Of a stretch of 64,000 bases of DNA, positions 59,475 to 64,000 are shown piece by piece. Below the pieces are notes generated by a model that made no database searches, was not told the DNA's origin, and worked only from the letters and a program-made list of their open reading frames with translations. The position numbers and the translations under genes were made by a program. This stretch comes from Chloroflexota bacterium. GTDB taxonomy: Bacteria; Chloroflexota; Limnocylindria; Limnocylindrales; CSP1-4. Location: the NCBI GenBank assembly GCA_012026785.1, contig VEOW01000064.1, positions 1,365 through 65,364 on the forward strand, written 5' to 3'. Numbering within the stretch: the first letter of the stretch is position 1; the number at the start of each line of letters is the position of its first letter.

Positions 59475-59667
59475 CAGCCGTCGATCCCGCACCTCGTGCG
59501 CGATTCTTCGGCTGATGGCCTGGAGGGAGTGCTTCGGTCGTCAGATCGTGCATCGGACGGAGCATTCGTCGGCTGGAACCCGGCCAACCTGGCCCGGGTG
59601 ACCGGCGAGCGAAGGGCCTGGCCGTCTCAGCCGAAGAATCGTGCATGGCGTGAACGATGTTCGGCTG
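59475..59667. repeat. Cluster of ~40-nt imperfect palindromic (REP-like) elements, both orientations
   Basis: Element D (59475-59514) is CAGCCGTCGATCCCGCACCTCGTGCGCGATTCTTCGGCTG. Element A (59628-59667) is CAGCCGAAGAATCGTGCATGGCGTGAACGATGTTCGGCTG. A degenerate copy lies at about 59537-59578. D is 33/40 identical to the reverse complement of element B at 61304-61343. Confidence 0.8.
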
Positions 59668-59719
59668 GCACCGCCAGGGGATCCGGGGGACCCGGGCGCC
59701 CGGGCGCCCGGGCACATGC

Positions 59720-60313
59720 CTAGCGTCGAACGGCGACCAGCTCTCCCTTGCCGATCGGCACGACGAGGCCGACGAGGCGGTCGTCCGACAGGGCTCGCTG
59801 CCTGAACGGTGCGAGTTCGTCTTCGTGGGACGTGAGGTTGTCGGCGATCAGCAGGCCGCCCGGCCGGAGCGCGCCGATCGCGGGTTCGAGGGCGGCTTCG
59901 TAGATGGCTTTCTCGGCGTCGAGGAACACGAGATCGACGTCGCCGTCGAACCGGGCCAGTCCGGCGACGCCATCTTCGGTGCGCTGCTCGACGACATCGG
60001 CCAGGCCGGCGTCGACGAAGGCCTCGGCGGCTCGGGCGACCTTGGCGGGGTCGACGTCGAAGGTGATCAATCGCCCGCCACATTCCCGGGCGGCGAGGGC
60101 CAGCCACAGCCCGGAGTACCCACCGCTCGTGCCCACCTCGACGATCGTCCGCGCGCCGACCGAGATCGCCAGGGTGAGCAGGAACTGGCCGGTTTCGGGC
60201 GTGATCGCCCGCAACCGCTGCGACTGGGGCGTGCCATCGACTCGATCCTCGGCATCGCGCGCCTCGAGCCGCGCCATGACCGCCCGAACCCGCTCTGAAA
60301 CCAGATCCATCAC
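59720..60313 (-). CDS. Class I SAM-dependent O-methyltransferase (family 3, caffeoyl-CoA OMT-like)
   Basis: 197 aa. Motifs: IVEVGTSGGYSGLWLA, DLVFLDAEK, GGLLIADN. It sits directly downstream of lexA on the same strand. Confidence 0.85.
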   Translation of the reverse strand: MMDLVSERVRAVMARLEARDAEDRVDGTPQSQRLRAITPETGQFLLTLAISVGARTIVEVGTSGGYSGLWLALAARECGGRLITFDVDPAKVARAAEAFVDAGLADVVEQRTEDGVAGLARFDGDVDLVFLDAEKAIYEAALEPAIGALRPGGLLIADNLTSHEDELAPFRQRALSDDRLVGLVVPIGKGELVAVRR

Positions 60314-60417
60314 GCCGATGGTAGATGCCCTCGCTCGTGGCGTGAGCCGACGGACGGCCCGGACGGGTCAGGCCAAGGAGCCAGGCAACGCACGCATCGC
60401 ACGTGCCCGGCGGACCG

Positions 60418-61068
60418 TCAATCGAGGCGGCGGATGACCCCGATGAGCTTCCCCTGAATTCGAACGTCGTCGTAGAACTGCGGCGGGTAGTTGGGGTTCG
60501 CCGGCTGGAGTCGAACCCGGTCCTTCTCCTTGTAGAAGCGCTTGAGGGTCACCGCGTTCTCCTCCACCTGGGCCACGACGATGTCGCCGTTTCGCGCGGT
60601 CGTCTGGGGGCGGATGAGGACGAAGTCGCCGTCGGCGATGTGCTCCTCGATCATCGAGTCGCCCCGAACCCGGAGGACGTACGCATCCCCGCTGGGCGCC
60701 AGCAGGTCGGGCACGGGCAGCGTCTCCGAGGCGTCCTGGTAGGCCTCGATCGGGCCGCCGGCCGCGATCTCGCCGACGATCGGCAGGACGTGCGCCTCCG
60801 AGGTCACCGCCTGCGGAACGAGCTCGTTGGTGAGCCCGAGCTGGATGGCCGCGGTCGGCGTCAGCCGCAGCGCCCGCGACTGGGCTGCGCCACGCTCGAG
60901 GTAGCCCTCGCGCTCCAGCATCAGGAGGTGGTGATGGACGGCCGAGGTGGAACTGAGGCCCACGGCCACCGCGATCTCGCGCACCGACGGCGGATACCCG
61001 CGTGCGCGGAGCGTGGCCGCGATGTGGTTGAGGATCTTCAGCTTCCGTTCGGCATCATGCCTGGTCAA
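60418..61068 (-). CDS. lexA: LexA repressor
   Basis: Track ORF 60418..62187 trimmed to the TTG at 61068, which has AAGGAG 7 nt upstream. The wHTH is YPPSVREIAVAVGLSSTSAVHHHLLMLEREGYL, the cleavage site is GEIAAGGPI, and the catalytic motifs are RGDSM and TLKRF. Confidence 0.9.
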   Translation of the reverse strand: MTRHDAERKLKILNHIAATLRARGYPPSVREIAVAVGLSSTSAVHHHLLMLEREGYLERGAAQSRALRLTPTAAIQLGLTNELVPQAVTSEAHVLPIVGEIAAGGPIEAYQDASETLPVPDLLAPSGDAYVLRVRGDSMIEEHIADGDFVLIRPQTTARNGDIVVAQVEENAVTLKRFYKEKDRVRLQPANPNYPPQFYDDVRIQGKLIGVIRRLD

Positions 61069-61096
61069 CGCGCGACTCCTTTGAGCGGCTGCGCGT

Positions 61097-61124
61097 AGCA
61101 TACCGAACGGGTGTTCGATGTCAA
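61097..61124 (-). promoter_or_regulatory. lexA promoter TTGACA-n16-TATGCT with a Cheo-type SOS box CGAACnnnnGTTCG (61104-61117) filling the spacer
   Basis: The minus strand reads TTGACA tCGAACacccGTTCGg TATGCT. The palindrome is perfect, and the promoter lies about 30 nt upstream of the lexA start. Confidence 0.75.
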
Positions 61125-61242
61125 GTTGTAGCTCGTGCGGACGCCCAGTTCCACCGACGGCCATGCATGTGACGCTCGATTCAGCGTTCGAAACCGTCGC
61201 GGCCGTCCTCGCAGCGGACGACAAGGCCCTTCTTGGGGCCTT

Positions 61243-61343
61243 CAGCCGATGAATCGAGCACCTCACGAACGACTCGTCGGGCGAGCCCGGCTGCGTCTGG
61301 CTCCAGCCGAAGAATCGTGCATGGGATGCACGGTCGACGGCTG
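61243..61343. repeat. Two further REP-like palindromic elements (C and B) in the lexA / DUF1232 divergent region
   Basis: Element B (61304-61343) is CAGCCGAAGAATCGTGCATGGGATGCACGGTCGACGGCTG; its first 21 nt are identical to element A at 59628-59648. Element C (61243-61280) is a degenerate copy: CAGCCGATGAATCGAGCA...CGACTCGTCGG. Confidence 0.8.
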
Positions 61344-61458
61344 ATGTCGGCGCGCAACTGGCGCGCGATTGGCTCGAAGCGCTCGCTGCTAGACTTCCCG
61401 ATCCCGACGATGCGATGGCGACCCGCACGCGGTGCTGGATCCTGGAGGCAGGTGGCGG

Positions 61459-61965
61459 ATGGCTCGCGGCAAGCGGGCGAATGGTGACGACGACACGAAG
61501 CGAGGTCGAGGGGCAGGGCTCCGGCGCCTGATCGCCGTCGGCGCGCTTTTGCCGTTCGCCGGCCGCGCACCGCTGTACGCCCGCCTGCTGTGGTCGCTGG
61601 TCGCGGACCCGCGCATCCCGGCGGGCCGCAAGGCCCTCCTCGGGGTCGCGCTCGGCTACATCGCGCTGGGGCGAGACATCGTGCCCGACCGCGTTCCGCT
61701 GCTCGGCCAGTTCGCCGATCTCGTCGTCGTCGCGCTCGCGACCCAGCTGTTCCTCGAAGGGCTCGATGATGCCGTCCTGACCGAGAAGCTCGAAGAGGCT
61801 GGCATTGCCCGAGCGGCCTACGAGGAGGATCTCGCGCGGATGCGACGACTCGTCCCGGGACCGCTGCGCCGCACCGTGCTCCGGCTGCCCGGCGCGTTGG
61901 AGGCAGCCGGCGCGGCCCTCGATCGAACCGGCATCGGGCCGCGGGTTCGGGGCTGGATCGGCTAG
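61459..61965 (+). CDS. DUF1232 (YkvA-like) membrane protein
   Basis: Track ORF 61432..61965 trimmed to the ATG at 61459. Family core: DPRIPAGRKALLGVALGYIALGRDIVPDRVPLLGQFADLVVVALA. Confidence 0.7.
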   Translation: MARGKRANGDDDTKRGRGAGLRRLIAVGALLPFAGRAPLYARLLWSLVADPRIPAGRKALLGVALGYIALGRDIVPDRVPLLGQFADLVVVALATQLFLEGLDDAVLTEKLEEAGIARAAYEEDLARMRRLVPGPLRRTVLRLPGALEAAGAALDRTGIGPRVRGWIG

Positions 61966-62040
61966 CCCAGGGCAAGGCCGCAGGCAGCCAAGGCCGATCC
62001 GGGCCATCATTCGAACGACCATGAAGGAGGAAACGACCGC

Positions 62041-62487
62041 GTGAAGGTGATTCTGACCCAGGACGTGTCGAAGCTCGGGAAGTCGGGCGAGATGAAGTCC
62101 GTCGCCGACGGGTATGCCACGAACTACCTGATCCCGAACAAGCTGGCCGTCCCCGCTGCCGGTGGCGCCTATCGCGCCTGGCAGCACGACATCGCGTCAC
62201 GCGAGGAGAAGCGCAACCGCGAGCGAGGCGAGGCCGAAGTGACGGCCAATCGGATCTCGTCGACGACCCTGACGATGGGCGTCAAGGTCGGCGAGGGCGG
62301 CAAGCTGTACGGCTCGATCACCGCCAAGGAGATCGCGGAGGCCCTCGGTCGACGGGGCATCGAGGTCGACCGCCACAAGATCGAACTCGAGGAGCCGCTC
62401 AAGTCGCTCGGGACCTACAAGGTCGCGATCAAGGTCTACCAGGGCATGACCCCCGAGGTCACGGTCGTCGTCGAGCCGAAGGGCTAG
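62041..62487 (+). CDS. rplI: 50S ribosomal protein L9
   Basis: 148 aa with a GTG start and GAAGGAGGA upstream. Sequence: MKVILTQDVSKLGKSGEMKSVADGYATNYLIP...KLYGSITAKEIAEAL. Confidence 0.9.
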   Translation: MKVILTQDVSKLGKSGEMKSVADGYATNYLIPNKLAVPAAGGAYRAWQHDIASREEKRNRERGEAEVTANRISSTTLTMGVKVGEGGKLYGSITAKEIAEALGRRGIEVDRHKIELEEPLKSLGTYKVAIKVYQGMTPEVTVVVEPKG

Positions 62488-62769
62488 CGCTGGCGTCTCG
62501 CGCGTCCTTCGCCACGTCGGACTCGCCGGCGCCGGCGTCTCGGCGCCGTCCGCGGCAGCGGGCCCGCCATCCCTGTCCCCCGCCATTCCTGTCCAATGAC
62601 CTCCTCATGGACGCTAGACCGGGCTGCGGCACCGGGCGATCGGATATGGGGTCCGCGGAGTCCGAAATTCGAGCGCAAATGGTCAACGCAGTGCGCTTCT
62701 CGTAGCGAGGCAGCACCTTCTCCGAGCGGGCGCCGGACGAACGTCCATCACGCGGTCGCTTGACAATTT

Positions 62770-62801
62770 CGGAGCGGGATCGGGCTCGGAGCGGGATCGG
62801 G
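62770..62801. repeat. Direct tandem repeat CGGAGCGGGATCGGG x2 (17-nt period)
   Basis: Read directly. It is intergenic between rplI and dinB. Confidence 0.8.
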
Positions 62802-62960
62802 GGCGGCAACGCGCCCGGCCCGCCCTGCGGACGCGCCCGGCGCCATATCCCTCTGCCGTATCGGAATCGGCCTGAGCACGCTGCGCCCACAGCTGGAATC
62901 GACGCCCTGGGCTGAGTGGCACGCTCGCTCGACGGGATTTCGATACGGGAGAGGAGTATT

Positions 62961-63002
62961 CCGAGGCCCGAGGCCCGAGGCCCGAGGCCCGAGGCTCGAG
63001 GC
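62961..63002. repeat. Heptanucleotide tandem repeat (CCGAGGC)x6, five perfect copies plus one with a C>T change
   Basis: Read directly. It lies 65-105 nt upstream of the dinB ATG. Confidence 0.9.
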
Positions 63003-63066
63003 CCGGGTCGCGACACAGAGCTGGCACGGACGGGCGGACAATCGCGGGGTGACGGTCGCACCGAGG

Positions 63067-64000
63067 ATGCCGCGGACCATCCTGCACGTCGCTCTCGACG
63101 CGTTCTTCGCCGCGATCGAGCAGCGGGATCACCCGGAGCTGCGCGGCAAGCCCGTTGCGGTCGGGCTCGGGGGTTCGAACGACCGCGGCGTCGTCAGCGC
63201 CGCCTCGTACGAGGCACGGGTCTACGGCATCCATTCGGCGATGCCGATCCGGACGGCCCGCCGCCTCTGCCCCGATTGCGTCTTCGTGCCGGTCGACGGC
63301 GCCAAGTACCAGCGGGTCAGCCGCGAGGTGATGGCGATCCTGCGTCGCTTCACCCCACTCGTCCAGCCGATCTCGATCGACGAGGCCTTCCTCGATGTCA
63401 CCGCCTCGCGGGCGCTGTTCGGTGACGGCGAGGCGATCGCGCGTCGGATCAAGGCCGCGATCAGCGCGGAGCTCCAGCTGCCCGCCTCGGTCGGGGTCGC
63501 GGCGACGAAGCTCGTCGCCAAGATCGCCAGCGACCTTCGAAAGCCCGACGGCCTGGTCGTGGTGGCGCCGGGCGACGAGGCGGCGTTCCTCGCGCCGCTG
63601 CCGATCTCGCGGCTGTGGGGCGTCGGGCCGTCGACGGCAGCCGCGCTTCGCGACTTCGGGGGCGCGACGATCGGCGACCTCCAGGCGGCCGATCGAGCCG
63701 GTCTCGTCCGGCGGCTGGGCAAGCACGGCGCGACGCTGGTCGACCGGGCGCACGGGCTCGACGCCGACCCGGTCGACGATCCCGACGCCGCCAAGTCGAT
63801 CGGCCACGAGCACACGTTCGATGTCGATACCTCCGACCCGGAGGTCCTCGAACGAACGCTGCTGGCGATGGCCGAGGGCGTCTCGGGACGCCTTCGCCAC
63901 GCGGGCCTGCGAGCTCGAACGATCACGGTTAAGGTCCGAGACTCGGGGTTTCGAACGGTGACCCGGCAGCGCGGGCTGGCGGAGCCGACCGACCTGACCG
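63067..64000 (+). CDS. dinB: DNA polymerase IV (Y-family, DinB), 3'-truncated by the window edge
   Basis: Not in the ORF track because it is edge-truncated. My translation from the ATG at 63067 is MPRTILHVALDAFFAAIEQRDHPELRGKPVAVG...SAASYEARVYGIHSAMP...ISIDEAFLDVT...VAATKLVAKIASDLRKPDG, and the frame stays open to position 64000. Confidence 0.9.
   Translation, partial: MPRTILHVALDAFFAAIEQRDHPELRGKPVAVGLGGSNDRGVVSAASYEARVYGIHSAMPIRTARRLCPDCVFVPVDGAKYQRVSREVMAILRRFTPLVQPISIDEAFLDVTASRALFGDGEAIARRIKAAISAELQLPASVGVAATKLVAKIASDLRKPDGLVVVAPGDEAAFLAPLPISRLWGVGPSTAAALRDFGGATIGDLQAADRAGLVRRLGKHGATLVDRAHGLDADPVDDPDAAKSIGHEHTFDVDTSDPEVLERTLLAMAEGVSGRLRHAGLRARTITVKVRDSGFRTVTRQRGLAEPTDLT

Noticed and set aside
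59649-59662. GTGAACGATGTTCGG inside REP-like element A as a second LexA box.
   Set aside because: The half-sites GAAC and GTTC are separated by 3 nt rather than 4, so it does not fit the CGAAC-n4-GTTCG palindrome seen at the lexA promoter.
62488-63066. The long rplI-dinB intergenic region, and the 42984-43325 and 53250-53670 gaps, as possible tRNA, tmRNA, SRP, 6S or RNase P genes.
   Set aside because: I found no T-loop (GGTTCGAATCC-like) with acceptor-stem pairing, no tmRNA tag frame and no SRP domain-IV consensus by eye. A covariance-model scan is needed to exclude other ncRNAs.

Overview
High-GC bacterial chromosome fragment. I saw no rRNA, tRNA, CRISPR array, transposase or integrase. All function calls come from reading motifs in the translations by eye, because no database or HMM search was possible. 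Start codons are often uncertain: the high GC content produces long spurious N-terminal extensions and long antisense ORFs. Layout: (1) 1-349 is the edge-truncated 5' end of a secreted S8 protease gene. (2) About 508-46970 is one very large cell-envelope glycan super-cluster. It contains a polyprenyl-phosphate sugar phosphotransferase, the Wzm/Wzt ABC exporter, DegT aminotransferase plus NeuD/PglD-type acetyltransferase, several GT4 and GT2 enzymes, two polyprenol-phosphate-sugar-synthase-like GT2s, a Wzx-type flippase, two LCP ligases, at least eight polytopic GT-C-like membrane proteins (four are DUF2029/GT87-like), two paralogous membrane-anchored sulfatase/LtaS-like enzymes, a GalE-like epimerase, UDP-sulfoquinovose synthase (sqdB), and an isolated cysH next to a YeiH-family transporter. 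Three small toxin-antitoxin-like islets sit inside it: XRE plus an unknown protein (11721-12849), a DUF4143 ATPase remnant plus AbiEii/AbiEi in reversed order (32140-34003), and VapBC (43326-44083). (3) 46978-57113, all on the minus strand, holds a PIG-L deacetylase, pcm, a DUF5317-MFS fusion, a polytopic HD-GYP phosphodiesterase, two unannotated micro-ORFs that both end in TLKGF, a promoter/structured-leader/terminator element, and a 1147-aa STAND-TPR regulator with a C-terminal SARP (wHTH+BTAD) output. (4) 57174-64000 is housekeeping: dodecin, Zn-ribbon protein, dnaB, an O-methyltransferase, lexA with a Cheo-type box inside its promoter, a DUF1232 protein, rplI and dinB (3'-truncated). Best candidates for something undescribed: the signal-peptide micro-ORF / STAND-TPR-SARP / HD-GYP / DUF5317-MFS block (49642-57113); sqdB and cysH embedded in a wall-glycan rather than a lipid context; and the XRE + 252-aa orphan pair.
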